Of a stretch of DNA of 64,000 nucleotides, positions 31,247 to 40,913 are shown piece by piece. Source of the stretch: Calditrichales bacterium. GTDB taxonomy: Bacteria > Calditrichota > Calditrichia > Calditrichales > J004. The stretch is from NCBI GenBank assembly GCA_965267575.1, contig OZ254086.1, positions 1-64,000 of the forward strand, given 5' to 3'. Under the pieces are notes generated by a model. That model had not been told where the DNA came from, searched no databases, and saw nothing but the letters and a program-made list of their open reading frames with translations. How positions within the stretch are numbered: position 1 is the first letter of the stretch; each line of letters begins with the position of its first letter. The position numbers and the translations under genes are program-made.

Positions 31247-31960
31247 TTACAGAGTTTCGGCAATTTCTTTTGAATGTTGTTCCGCAATAACCAGGTGTTC
31301 GCGCATAGCATTACGGGCCGCTTCGGAGTCCTGCTCTTTGATCTTATTAAAAATCTTTATGTGATAATCCAGAGCCGAACTTCTGGCCTGATCGATTTTT
31401 GCATAAACCAGCGTCCTAATCTTTGGCATCTGTTTAAAAATGGGATCGACAATCAAGGGAATAAGAGAATTACCACAGGCTTCGGCGATTGTAGTATGAA
31501 AACGCAGGTCGAGATTACTCTCGCGCTCAACATCGTCGTTATCGCATTTTTTGAATTGCTCAATATTCTTTCTTAAGGCTTCTAAATGCTTGTCTGTTCG
31601 GTGCAAAGCAGCGAGTCGGGCAATTTCGGGTTCCAGAAGTTTTCTAACCTGGATTACATCCATTATTATTTTTTTGTCGAAATTTAGGTTTAGGTAGAGA
31701 TTCATTGTGCGAGTTACATACTGAGACGTATAGTCATTCACGTAAATGCCACTACCCTTTCGAACAGAGATAAGACCACGTGCGGAGAGCATGTGTAGAG
31801 CTTCACGCAATGCGGTGCGGCTCACGCCAAACATTTCGCATAGTTCTTTTTCGGTTGGTAACTTTTCACCGGCAACAAGCTTTTTTTGAACAATGACTTC
31901 TTCGATTTTTTCTTCAATTTCCTGACTGAGAGTCACTTTCTTGCCAATACGCTTAAACAT
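31247..31960 (-). CDS. GntR/FadR-family regulator (wHTH plus FCD)
   Basis: LPTEKELCEMFGVSRTALREAL, GSGIYV, DLRFHTTIAEACGN; start ATG 31960 (MFKRIG) because the longer ORF overlaps the operator. Confidence 0.93.
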   Translation of the reverse strand: MFKRIGKKVTLSQEIEEKIEEVIVQKKLVAGEKLPTEKELCEMFGVSRTALREALHMLSARGLISVRKGSGIYVNDYTSQYVTRTMNLYLNLNFDKKIIMDVIQVRKLLEPEIARLAALHRTDKHLEALRKNIEQFKKCDNDDVERESNLDLRFHTTIAEACGNSLIPLIVDPIFKQMPKIRTLVYAKIDQARSSALDYHIKIFNKIKEQDSEAARNAMREHLVIAEQHSKEIAETL

Positions 31961-31988
31961 GGATAGCCCTGCACATAAGAATGATTTT

Positions 31989-32038
31989 TGTAAGATGTAT
32001 GACAAGTATATTGTATAAAATAAGATTCATAGTGTCAA
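31989..32038 (-). promoter_or_regulatory. Sigma70 promoter and operator of the gntR gene
   Basis: TTGACA (32033-32038)-17 nt-TACAAT (32010-32015); operator TGTAAGATGTATGACA at 31989-32004. Confidence 0.82.
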
Positions 32039-32053
32039 GAAAAATATTCATTT

Positions 32054-33082
32054 TTATTGCAGCCCTTCCCAAAGTCCGCTGAGGTACATCGCTCCAAGGG
32101 CGCGGTCGTAGAGCCCGTAGCCGGGCCGTCCCTGCTCTCCCCATATCATGCGACCGTGATCCGGACGCATGGGACCATTAAATGCACTGTTTTTATAGGC
32201 CTTCATGACAGCACGCATGTCTACATCGCCAAAGCCTGTGGGGTGTTCTGATTCATGAAAATCTTTTTGCCCTGTACGTTTAATGTTGCGCATATGCGCA
32301 AAGTGGATGCGGGCTGAAAATTCTTCCACCATGGCGGGCAGATCGTTTTCCCCCAACGGACCAAGAGAACCTGTACAGAATGTAAGCCCATTATTGCGGG
32401 AGTCCACGAGGCTTAAAAACCTTCTCAGATTGTCGGCATTTGTAATAATGCGCGGCAGCCCAAATATCGACCAAGGGGGATCATCCGGGTGGATGGCCAT
32501 GAGTACTGAACTGCTTTCCGCAACAGGCACAACGGCTTTTAAAAAAAACTGTAGGTTTTCCCACAGTTTTTCTTCTTCAACGGCTTCGTAAGCTTTCAAT
32601 AATGCATTCAATTCGCCGGCCGTATAGGCGGTTGCCCAGCCGGGCAAATCACCGGTGCCTTTAGATAAATCAATCTTGTTAAGTGCAGAATGTTTATAGC
32701 TTAGCGCAAAGGAACCGTCCTTAAGGCGGTAATTAAGGTCTGTTCTTGTCCAATCAAAAATGGGCATAAAATTATAGCACAAAACGGGAATGCCCGCTTT
32801 ACCCATATTTTCTAAACTATGGCAATAATTATCTATATATTGATTGCGGCTTTGCAGACCCAGCTTGATATCCTCATGGACCGGTATACTCTCAATCACT
32901 TCAAGAGTTAAAGAATATTGTTCTATCCGTTCGCGGAGTCGCATGATTTTATCGTGCGGCCAAACCTCGCCGACGGGCACATCATAGAGGGCACTTACGA
33001 TACCGGTGACGCCGGGAATCTGGCGGATGTTTTCAAGGGTGACCGGGTCATCCGGCCCGTACCAGCGTAAAGTCATTTTCAT
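32054..33082 (-). CDS. uxuA: Mannonate dehydratase
   Basis: MKMTLRWYG, CYNFMPIFDWTRT, AIHPDDPPW, MRPDHGR, PGYGLYDRALG. Confidence 0.96.
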   Translation of the reverse strand: MKMTLRWYGPDDPVTLENIRQIPGVTGIVSALYDVPVGEVWPHDKIMRLRERIEQYSLTLEVIESIPVHEDIKLGLQSRNQYIDNYCHSLENMGKAGIPVLCYNFMPIFDWTRTDLNYRLKDGSFALSYKHSALNKIDLSKGTGDLPGWATAYTAGELNALLKAYEAVEEEKLWENLQFFLKAVVPVAESSSVLMAIHPDDPPWSIFGLPRIITNADNLRRFLSLVDSRNNGLTFCTGSLGPLGENDLPAMVEEFSARIHFAHMRNIKRTGQKDFHESEHPTGFGDVDMRAVMKAYKNSAFNGPMRPDHGRMIWGEQGRPGYGLYDRALGAMYLSGLWEGLQ

Positions 33083-33093
33083 TATCGTTCTCC

Positions 33094-33930
33094 TTAAACA
33101 CCGCTAAAGGCTGAAAATCCGCCATCAACAGGAACGACGATACCGGTCACAAATGAAGAAGCATCAGACAGCAACCACAAAAGTGTTCCAATCAGGTCGG
33201 CGGGCTCACCAAATTTTCCCATGGGCGTATGATCAATTATCTGGCGTCCACGTTCAGTAAGCTCACCCGTCTTTTCGTCGGTAAGCAGAAAACGGTTTTG
33301 CTCTGTCAAAAAGAAACCCGGTGCGATCGCATTCACACGGATTTCAGGGGCATATTCCTGTGCCATATGAACCGCAAGCCACTGCGTAAAATTGCTAACG
33401 GCCGCTTTTGCGGCGGAATATCCCGGAATTCGTGTCAACGGACGAAAAGCATTCATTGATGAAATATTAACAATATGACCTTGTTTTTGCTCAGCAAAAT
33501 AGCGCGCGAAAACCTGGCAAGGAATAATCGTTCCAAGCAGGTTTAGATCCACAACGGCACGGATAGATTCCGGGACAAGGTCAAAAAAGGATTGATCCGT
33601 TGAAGTGGTAGCTCCTTTCTGGTTTCCCCCGGCCCCGTTCACAAGGCCATCAATGCGTCCCCATTTTTTAATAATGGCTTCCAGGTTGTGTTGAGTTGTA
33701 TCGGTTTGCAAAACATTGCCTTCCAGAAACAGGCAGTTTGCTTTCAGGTCTCCCAAGCTTTTGGCTATTTCGGGATTCAATTCAGAGCCGCGATCTATTA
33801 TGGCAACACGTGCTCCAAGCCCGGCGAGCGCAATAACCATCTCACCGCCCAAAACACCGTTGCCGCCGGTTATGGCAAAAACTTTGTCCTTAAAATCATA
33901 TGCTTTCAAAAAACCCTCACTTGTATGCAT
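33094..33930 (-). CDS. SDR-type D-mannonate oxidoreductase (fructuronate reductase)
   Basis: TGGNGVLG, SSMNAFRPLTRIPGYSAAK, PGFFLTEQNRFLL, VDGGFSAFSGV; adjacent to uxuA. Confidence 0.85.
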   Translation of the reverse strand: MHTSEGFLKAYDFKDKVFAITGGNGVLGGEMVIALAGLGARVAIIDRGSELNPEIAKSLGDLKANCLFLEGNVLQTDTTQHNLEAIIKKWGRIDGLVNGAGGNQKGATTSTDQSFFDLVPESIRAVVDLNLLGTIIPCQVFARYFAEQKQGHIVNISSMNAFRPLTRIPGYSAAKAAVSNFTQWLAVHMAQEYAPEIRVNAIAPGFFLTEQNRFLLTDEKTGELTERGRQIIDHTPMGKFGEPADLIGTLLWLLSDASSFVTGIVVPVDGGFSAFSGV

Positions 33931-33941
33931 TAAAACCTCGC

Positions 33942-35240
33942 TTAGTAGTCAAACAATCTGGGTAAAGCCATGGTTAGGTCCGGGAAGTAGATAATGATCA
34001 TCAAGGCTGCAACCATGGCTATGAACATAGGTATCAGGGGTCGGATCACATCGGTTATGCGTGTTTTGGCAATGCTGCAACCGACAAACAATACACTGCC
34101 GACCGGCGGCGTACACAATCCGATACTTAAATTTAGCACCATAATAATACCAAAATGTACCGGGTCTACTCCAAGCTTCATAACCACCGGCAGAAAGATT
34201 GGCGTAAAAATGAGCACGGCCGGTGTCATGTCCATAAAGGTACCTACAACGATCAGGATCAGGTTGATGATAATCAGGACAACAAAGGTATTGTCGGTCA
34301 ATGCGATCAAGGCGCTGCTGATATTTTGTGGTATGTTTTCGTAGGAAAGCACCCAGGACATCCCCATGGAGGTCGCGATAAGCAACATAACAATGGCCGT
34401 TGTCGCCGAAGACCCGAGCAAAATGCGCGGGATATCTTTCCACTTTACCTCTTTGTAAACCAATACGGACAAAACAAACGTGTAAAGCACGGCCACCGCT
34501 GATGCCTCCGTGGCCGTAAAATAGCCGGCAACAATACCGCCAATCACAACGATGACCATAAACAGGCTGGGCAGCGCGTTTAGAAAAGCTTTTAGCGTTT
34601 GCCGAAACGATTCCGGCTTAACGACGGGGTATCCTTTGCGCCAGGCAACAATGCCCGCCACAACCATCAGGGCCAGACCCACTATAAGGCCGGGTACGTA
34701 ACCGGCGAGAAACAGCGCGGCAATGGAAATACCACCGCCCGCAAGTGAATAGACGATCAGAATATTACTGGGAGGGATGATCATACCCGTAATGGATGAA
34801 GTGATGTTAACGGCAGCGCTGAAGGAAGTCTCGTATCCTTCTTTTTTCATAAGCGGTGTCATAAAACCCCCTATGGCGGCGGCAGCCGCAACCGCAGAAC
34901 CTGAAATGGCACCAAACAGCATGGCAGAAAGAATATTTACAAAAGCCAGGCCGCCGGGCAAAACACCAACAGTGACTTTGGCAAAATCGATGAGACGCCG
35001 CGCGATCCCACCGTGATTCATAAACTGGCCTGACAGGATGAAAAAGGGAATCGCCAGCAACGCAAAACTGTCCAGACCGGTGGCCATACGCTGTGCTACT
35101 GTGGTTACGGCCGGGATACTGTCAATCGTTACCAGCATAGTAAACAGTGTGGCCAGACCGATGCTGAACGAAATGGGCACGCCTATAGCCAGAAAAAAGA
35201 CAAACCCGCAAACCAAAACGATAATTTCAAGCCATTCCAT
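33942..35240 (-). CDS. dctM: TRAP transporter large permease
   Basis: LLAIPFFIL, FGAISGSAVA, IIPPSN, GLCTPPVG. Confidence 0.93.
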   Translation of the reverse strand: MEWLEIIVLVCGFVFFLAIGVPISFSIGLATLFTMLVTIDSIPAVTTVAQRMATGLDSFALLAIPFFILSGQFMNHGGIARRLIDFAKVTVGVLPGGLAFVNILSAMLFGAISGSAVAAAAAIGGFMTPLMKKEGYETSFSAAVNITSSITGMIIPPSNILIVYSLAGGGISIAALFLAGYVPGLIVGLALMVVAGIVAWRKGYPVVKPESFRQTLKAFLNALPSLFMVIVVIGGIVAGYFTATEASAVAVLYTFVLSVLVYKEVKWKDIPRILLGSSATTAIVMLLIATSMGMSWVLSYENIPQNISSALIALTDNTFVVLIIINLILIVVGTFMDMTPAVLIFTPIFLPVVMKLGVDPVHFGIIMVLNLSIGLCTPPVGSVLFVGCSIAKTRITDVIRPLIPMFIAMVAALMIIIYFPDLTMALPRLFDY

Positions 35241-35716
35241 TAGTCTTTTTCCTGAAGTTTCTGGTAAATGAAATAAATATTATAATAGATGATGAGTAAT
35301 CCGCTTAGCGGCACAACCGTGTAGATATAACCCAACTTTATCTGCAGCGCTGCAGATATCTGGTTTAGAGTAAAGGTGATCGTCACCAGCCGAAACCCGC
35401 CCAGTACCATAACCAGCAAAGCAAAAACGGCAATCAAAACCTGGATAATGATTTCGAGCCGCCTGCGAAATAAAGCTTTGCTTTTCTCCAGCATCAGATC
35501 GATGGCGAGATGCATCTTTTTGCCCACGGCGTAAGCAGCGCCTAACAGACCCAGCCAGATCAGAAGGAAGCGGGCCAGTTCTTCCGTCCATGAACTGGGG
35601 CTCTGTAAAACAAAGCGTGTAAACACTTGCCACAAAACGTTAAGTACGCTAATGCCCATCAAGGTAATCACGGCATATTCCAGGAAGCGGTCTACCTGCG
35701 CTTTTATTTGGATCAT
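35240..35716 (-). CDS. dctQ: TRAP transporter small permease
   Basis: WTEELARFLLIW, HLAID; four hydrophobic segments. Confidence 0.92.
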   Translation of the reverse strand: MIQIKAQVDRFLEYAVITLMGISVLNVLWQVFTRFVLQSPSSWTEELARFLLIWLGLLGAAYAVGKKMHLAIDLMLEKSKALFRRRLEIIIQVLIAVFALLVMVLGGFRLVTITFTLNQISAALQIKLGYIYTVVPLSGLLIIYYNIYFIYQKLQEKD

Positions 35717-36681
35717 TATTGCACCGCCTTTATGCGCTGTATCAGTTCAAATATCTCCGGGTCGGAAGCATAGCTGGCAATCAGCTCCTGCACCTGATCC
35801 CTGAACGGCTGCTTGTCCGGATAGATGATCTGTACACCAGCCTGGCGCAGTTTTTCCAGCGCCAATTCGGTATCTTCACGCCAGATGCGTTTTTGATAAA
35901 CGACAGAGCTATCTACAGCCTGCTGCAAAATGTCTTGCTGCTTCGCCGACAAATCGTACCAGACATGCGTGCTGATCACCAGGATATCGGGAACGGCTGT
36001 ATGCTCGTCGAGCGAATAGTATTTGCACACTTCATAATGTCGCGATGTGTAAAAGCTGGGCGGATTGTTTTCCGCGCCATCAACGATGCCTTGCTGAAGG
36101 GCCGTATAAAGCTCACCCCAGGCAATGGGCGTGGCCGAGCCGCCAATGGCATTAACCATGCGTACCGATGTCGGGCTTTCCATAGTGCGTATCTTCAGAC
36201 CCTTAAGATCTTCCGGTTTATGCACGGGTATGGATTTTGTGTAAAAACTGCGTGATCCGGCATCATAATAGCATAGCCCACGCAACCAGAATTGCTCTGT
36301 TTCCAGCAACATGTTTTTACCGATCGCCCCCTCGAGCGCGGCAAAACGGTGGGTATCATCGCGAAAAAGATATGGCAGGCTAAACACCTTAAATGATGGT
36401 GCGAAACCTTCCAGCGTGTTAGCCGATACCTTGGTCATATTCAGACTGCCGATCTGCAGTAATTCGAGGCATTCACGCTCCGTTCCCAGCTGCTGGCTGG
36501 GATAGATATCAATACGCATGCTGCCTTCTGACAACGTACTTACTTCTTCCGCCATATAGACCATCGCTTTATGAACCGGGTGAGACTGGTCCAAACCATG
36601 GGCCAGCTTCAGTGTTTTGACAGAAGAAACATCCTTGCAGCTTAAAAGACCTAAAGCGACGAAAAATATGACTGTCTTCAT
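35716..36681 (-). CDS. dctP: TRAP substrate-binding lipoprotein
   Basis: Lipobox LLSC; DLKGLKIR, ELYTALQQGIVDGAENN; start ATG 36681. Confidence 0.92.
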   Translation of the reverse strand: MKTVIFFVALGLLSCKDVSSVKTLKLAHGLDQSHPVHKAMVYMAEEVSTLSEGSMRIDIYPSQQLGTERECLELLQIGSLNMTKVSANTLEGFAPSFKVFSLPYLFRDDTHRFAALEGAIGKNMLLETEQFWLRGLCYYDAGSRSFYTKSIPVHKPEDLKGLKIRTMESPTSVRMVNAIGGSATPIAWGELYTALQQGIVDGAENNPPSFYTSRHYEVCKYYSLDEHTAVPDILVISTHVWYDLSAKQQDILQQAVDSSVVYQKRIWREDTELALEKLRQAGVQIIYPDKQPFRDQVQELIASYASDPEIFELIQRIKAVQ

Positions 36682-37451
36682 CGTGCCATCCACCCGCCAT
36701 CTACCAGCATAATGTGTCCGTTTACATAGTCCGACGCTTTTGAAGCGAGAAAGACAACGGCTCCCTGCAAGTCTTCAGGCTCGCCCCAGCGACCGGCCGG
36801 TATACGCACCGAGATCTCCTTGTTACGGATGCTGTTCTCGCGCAAAGCCTGTGTGTTGTCCGTGGCAAAATAGCCGGGGGCAATGGCATTGACCTGGATA
36901 TTGTGAGCAGCCCATTCATTGGCCAGCGCTTTGGTCAGTTGAGCAACGGCCCCTTTGCTGGCAGCATATGCCGGAACCGTAATGCCACCTGAAAAACTGA
37001 GCAGAGAAGCAATATTTATAATTTTGCCGGATTTCTGTTTTATCATTTGCTTTCCGGCTGCCCGGCATAAACGCCACAACCCGTTCAAATTGGTATCAAT
37101 CACTGTCTGCCAATCCTCATCGCTGTATTGGTGGGCCGGTGCGCGGCGAATCGTGCCGGCGTTATTGACCAGAATATCAATACGCCCGAAGCTGCGCAGC
37201 GTCTCTGCAATGAGATTGTCTGTATCGCTTTTTTTTGATACGTCGCAGGTAATGGGAAAACAACGCTGACCGGCCTCTTCTACGTGTTGCCGCGTGGTTT
37301 CCAGATTGTTCAGGTTGGTGCTAGCCGCAACTATGTCCGCTCCGGCGGCAGCCAGCCCAACGGCCATAGCTTGTCCAAGTCCGCGGCTGGCACCGGTGAC
37401 AATGGCAATCTTTCCTTCCAGGCTAAAAAGAGATTCAAACCACGATTTCAT
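36678..37451 (-). CDS. kduD: 2-dehydro-3-deoxy-D-gluconate 5-dehydrogenase
   Basis: TGASRGLG, NNAGTIRR, SFSGGITVPAYAASKG, RIPAGRWG, VDGGWMAR; start ATG 37451. Confidence 0.9.
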   Translation of the reverse strand: MKSWFESLFSLEGKIAIVTGASRGLGQAMAVGLAAAGADIVAASTNLNNLETTRQHVEEAGQRCFPITCDVSKKSDTDNLIAETLRSFGRIDILVNNAGTIRRAPAHQYSDEDWQTVIDTNLNGLWRLCRAAGKQMIKQKSGKIINIASLLSFSGGITVPAYAASKGAVAQLTKALANEWAAHNIQVNAIAPGYFATDNTQALRENSIRNKEISVRIPAGRWGEPEDLQGAVVFLASKASDYVNGHIMLVDGGWMAR

Positions 37452-37455
37452 TGGA

Positions 37456-38859
37456 TCATACCTTATATGTTTTTTTTGTGAGATTGTAAGACAGGTCCCG
37501 GGCCATACGTTGCGCATCGTCCATTGTGATAAAATGGCGGGCAACCTGCTGAGCCAAAAAGTTGCAGTCTATACGTCGGGCCAGGTCATGGCGCGCCGGG
37601 ATTGAAGGGAGAGCCCGCGTATCATCAATAAAGCCAATCGTATTATAAATGGACGCTGTTTCCCAGATACGTTCGCGAAAGCGCTGCATGCCTTGCGGAC
37701 TGTCATGAAACCACCAGGAAGGCCCGATTTTCAGACAAGGATAGTGACCTGCCAGGGGTGCCAATTCGCGTGCGTAAGTTGTCTCATCCAGCGTGAAAAG
37801 GATCAGCGTAAAGCGCGGATCGTTGCCGAAAGCATTCAACAGTGGCCGCAGATTCCGGGTATATTCGGTTTGCACGGGAATGTCCGCCCCCTTATCCGGG
37901 CCAAAGCGTTCAAAAAGCGGCAGGTTATGGTTACGCAACGCGCCTGGATGGATATGCATAATCAATCCATCCTCACAGCTCATGCGCGCCATTTCCATCA
38001 GCATATGGCCGCAGAACAACCGTGCGTCATCAGCCGATGCCTTTCCTGCCAGCGCTCGAGCAAACAGCTTTTGTGCATCGCTATCAGCAAGTCGGCCGGT
38101 ATAAGGGATTTCAATACCATGGTCCGTTGCCACAGCTCCAATCGATTTAAAAAAGGCACGCTGTTTTTCAAGGGCCAGAATAAACCGTTCATAGCTATCG
38201 ACCTCAATGCCTGCCTGCTCTGACAACATATCGATCTCTTGACGCCAGTTTGGATTTTGCAGGTTGAGCACAGCGTCCGGACGGAAGCACGGTAATATTT
38301 TTCCCTGCCAGCCGCTCTCACGGATAGCTATGTGCCAGGAGAGATCGCTCGAAGCGCTGTCAGTAGTTGAGATGTATTCCAGGTTAAACCTTTCGTACAA
38401 ACGGCGTGGCCTGAAATCATCCTGGCTCAGTTTTTCTGTGATTGCATTATAAATGTGATCGGCAGTTTTCGGAGTTAACGGCTCATCAATCCCGAAGACT
38501 TCGCTGAACTCATGCTGCAGCCAAATGCCCGTTGGCGTTCCCGCAAACAGGAAAAAATTTTCCGCAAAGAGCCGCCATATTTTACGCTTATCGGTTTCAT
38601 ATGATGATCCATCTAAAGGCCTTATGCCCAGGCTCTCAAGTGAAATGCCCTGGGAGTAAAGCAGCCTGAAGATGTAATGGTCCGGCGTAATGATAAGATC
38701 GGTTGGATTATCGAACGATTTGTTTTCGGCAAACCATTGTGCCTCCACATGACTATGAGGACTAAGCAGAGGTAAACCGGCCACTTCTTTATATAACTCC
38801 AATGCGATTTGACGAACAGTCGGATCGGCATCAAAAAATCGTTCGGGCGTCAGCTTCAT
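37456..38859 (-). CDS. uxaC: Uronate isomerase
   Basis: SPHSH, PDHYIFRLL, ARELAPLAGHYP, WWFHDS, DDTRA..SIPARHD. Confidence 0.94.
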   Translation of the reverse strand: MKLTPERFFDADPTVRQIALELYKEVAGLPLLSPHSHVEAQWFAENKSFDNPTDLIITPDHYIFRLLYSQGISLESLGIRPLDGSSYETDKRKIWRLFAENFFLFAGTPTGIWLQHEFSEVFGIDEPLTPKTADHIYNAITEKLSQDDFRPRRLYERFNLEYISTTDSASSDLSWHIAIRESGWQGKILPCFRPDAVLNLQNPNWRQEIDMLSEQAGIEVDSYERFILALEKQRAFFKSIGAVATDHGIEIPYTGRLADSDAQKLFARALAGKASADDARLFCGHMLMEMARMSCEDGLIMHIHPGALRNHNLPLFERFGPDKGADIPVQTEYTRNLRPLLNAFGNDPRFTLILFTLDETTYARELAPLAGHYPCLKIGPSWWFHDSPQGMQRFRERIWETASIYNTIGFIDDTRALPSIPARHDLARRIDCNFLAQQVARHFITMDDAQRMARDLSYNLTKKTYKV

Positions 38860-40070
38860 AACGTTTCCCGGCTTAAAACATACATATTCAGCAGAATAAT
38901 AAACGGGTCTTTTTCTATAGGCTTTTCCAGCGAAATTAAACGACGGTAATCGCTGAAGTAGTCTTTATCCGGATAACGCATTCCTGCAAAGACCAGGTAG
39001 CTCACCTCTTTACTGGAAAATGGTACAACATCCTCTTTGTCCCAGGTTGCTGGATTCAAAACAAAAGGGGTATAAAACGAAATTGCTGTTTTTAGCGTTT
39101 TGCCGTCGCCAAGGGCATGCTCCCAATAATCATAACCATAGTCGCGAGCAATGGCAGCTGAAAAGGAGTGAGCATTCAGGTTAAACGTACAGTAGCTCAG
39201 AGAGCGCGTTCGTTTTTCTTCTTCAGGAAAACGGCCGGCCTTGGTCATTTGTGAAGGCAACAGGGTATCGGCAATATGCCTGTACGTTTTATGGATCGTT
39301 TTTTCGTCACCGCAAAAGTGTGCATAAGCCATAGCCTGGGCTGCCCACCACGATGCATGGTTATTGGTGTAATTGCGCTCTTTCAGCCCCTTTTCGCTGG
39401 TACTCAACCAATGCAGGTAATCACGAAACCAGTCTTGCATACCGGCATAGGCCTCATCATCCAGTGCACCACTCAAGCGAATAATGTAAACGGCTTCCAG
39501 AAACCGCACAAAGCGATGGGTATCGATAATTCCAAAGCTACGGCCCTCGCTGCGGTTGGTTATAGCCTGGGCATACTCCAGGTGCGGATTCATGCGCGTG
39601 GCTTCATCTAAAAACCAAACCTTTATCAATTGAGCGGCCCGTTCGCTATATTCGGGATTATCCAAAAAATAGCCTGCGAGGCTCAGCGTTAAAAACGCGT
39701 CGTATAAATCGTTTAGCGCGTTTTTGTGATCCATAAAACGGTTGGGGTTATGTATGCCGTCTTTTCGTATGTACGGTCCGTCTGGATCATCCGGGTTGGG
39801 CCACCAATAGGGGCTTTCGCTATAATAATCGTGGGGATTACCGCTTACAGCTTTCGACTCATAAAACGTAACGCTCCACGGCCCATGATCATAGCGCAGA
39901 TCAGCAAGTTCCTTCAATACCATTCGATAGGATTCCAGCGGTGAACCCGGGGTGTTCAGAACCTTTTTTATTTGTGCCAGTTCGTGCGCAGAAAAATAGA
40001 GTGAACCCTGCGCGGCCAGCGAAGCGATCGTTACAAAGACAACGATGATTATACTGTTTAAAATACGCAT
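38856..40070 (-). CDS. Alginate_lyase-domain protein, PL38-like
   Basis: HDYYSESPYWWPNP...GPYIRKDG, MNPHLEYAQ, GIIDT, NNHASW, E..RTRS..Y. Confidence 0.82.
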   Translation of the reverse strand: MRILNSIIIVVFVTIASLAAQGSLYFSAHELAQIKKVLNTPGSPLESYRMVLKELADLRYDHGPWSVTFYESKAVSGNPHDYYSESPYWWPNPDDPDGPYIRKDGIHNPNRFMDHKNALNDLYDAFLTLSLAGYFLDNPEYSERAAQLIKVWFLDEATRMNPHLEYAQAITNRSEGRSFGIIDTHRFVRFLEAVYIIRLSGALDDEAYAGMQDWFRDYLHWLSTSEKGLKERNYTNNHASWWAAQAMAYAHFCGDEKTIHKTYRHIADTLLPSQMTKAGRFPEEEKRTRSLSYCTFNLNAHSFSAAIARDYGYDYWEHALGDGKTLKTAISFYTPFVLNPATWDKEDVVPFSSKEVSYLVFAGMRYPDKDYFSDYRRLISLEKPIEKDPFIILLNMYVLSRETL

Positions 40071-40903
40071 CAGCTCAACTCGCTCAGTTTAATGAAATCC
40101 ATGTCATCAAAATCCTGGTTTTCGCCGCCCATGCTCCAAATAAAAGAATAATTGGATGTGCCGGCGCCGGCATGAATGGACCAGCTTGGTGAAATAACGG
40201 CCTGGCGGTTGCGCAGGAAAAGGTGCCGGGTTTGGTCAGGCTGCCCCATAAGATGGCAGACAAGGTTTTCCTCAGGGAGATCGAAATACATGTAAATCTC
40301 TGTACGGCGCATGTGCGTGTGCGGCGGCATCGTGTTCCAGATGCTGCCCGCTTCCAGCTCCGTAAAGCCCATCACCAATTGACAGCTTTTTAACCCGCCG
40401 GGATGAATGCTTTTGTAGATGGTCCGTTTATTGGCGTGATCCTGGTCGCCAAGATTTACGGCCGTTGCCTCTGATTTTGTCATTTTGGAGGTTGGATAGG
40501 AAGCGTGTGCCGGGTAGCTCACCAGGTAAAAGCAGGCCGGTTTATTTTTGTCTTTGGAAGAAAAGGAGATTTCCTTACTTCCGCGACCGATATAAAGTGT
40601 GTCCTTCTTGTTCATTTCAAAGTCTTTTCCATCGACTTTTATCGCCCCCGCATCTGCAATATTTATTATGCCGATTTCGCGTCGTTCGGCAAAATAGCCG
40701 GCCGCCATCTCTTTTTTGCTGGCCTGTAGTTTCAAGGTTTTTGATACCGGAACAGCAGAGCCGATAATAGCCCGGTCAGCATCACTGTAAAGCAGTTCCA
40801 CGCTGTCCGGCTTGAATAGGCTCTCAACAAGAAAGGCTTCGCGCAGTTCTTCGCTTGTAAGCAAAGCCATATTGTCCGGGTTGGGGCTATATCTTACTTC
40901 CAT
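40070..40903 (-). CDS. kduI: 5-keto-4-deoxyuronate isomerase
   Basis: ERREIGIINI, WNTMPPHTHMRR, SPSWSIHAG, GGENQDFDDMD; start ATG 40903 with AAGGAG SD. Confidence 0.95.
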   Translation of the reverse strand: MEVRYSPNPDNMALLTSEELREAFLVESLFKPDSVELLYSDADRAIIGSAVPVSKTLKLQASKKEMAAGYFAERREIGIINIADAGAIKVDGKDFEMNKKDTLYIGRGSKEISFSSKDKNKPACFYLVSYPAHASYPTSKMTKSEATAVNLGDQDHANKRTIYKSIHPGGLKSCQLVMGFTELEAGSIWNTMPPHTHMRRTEIYMYFDLPEENLVCHLMGQPDQTRHLFLRNRQAVISPSWSIHAGAGTSNYSFIWSMGGENQDFDDMDFIKLSELS

Positions 40904-40913
40904 TATAATCTCC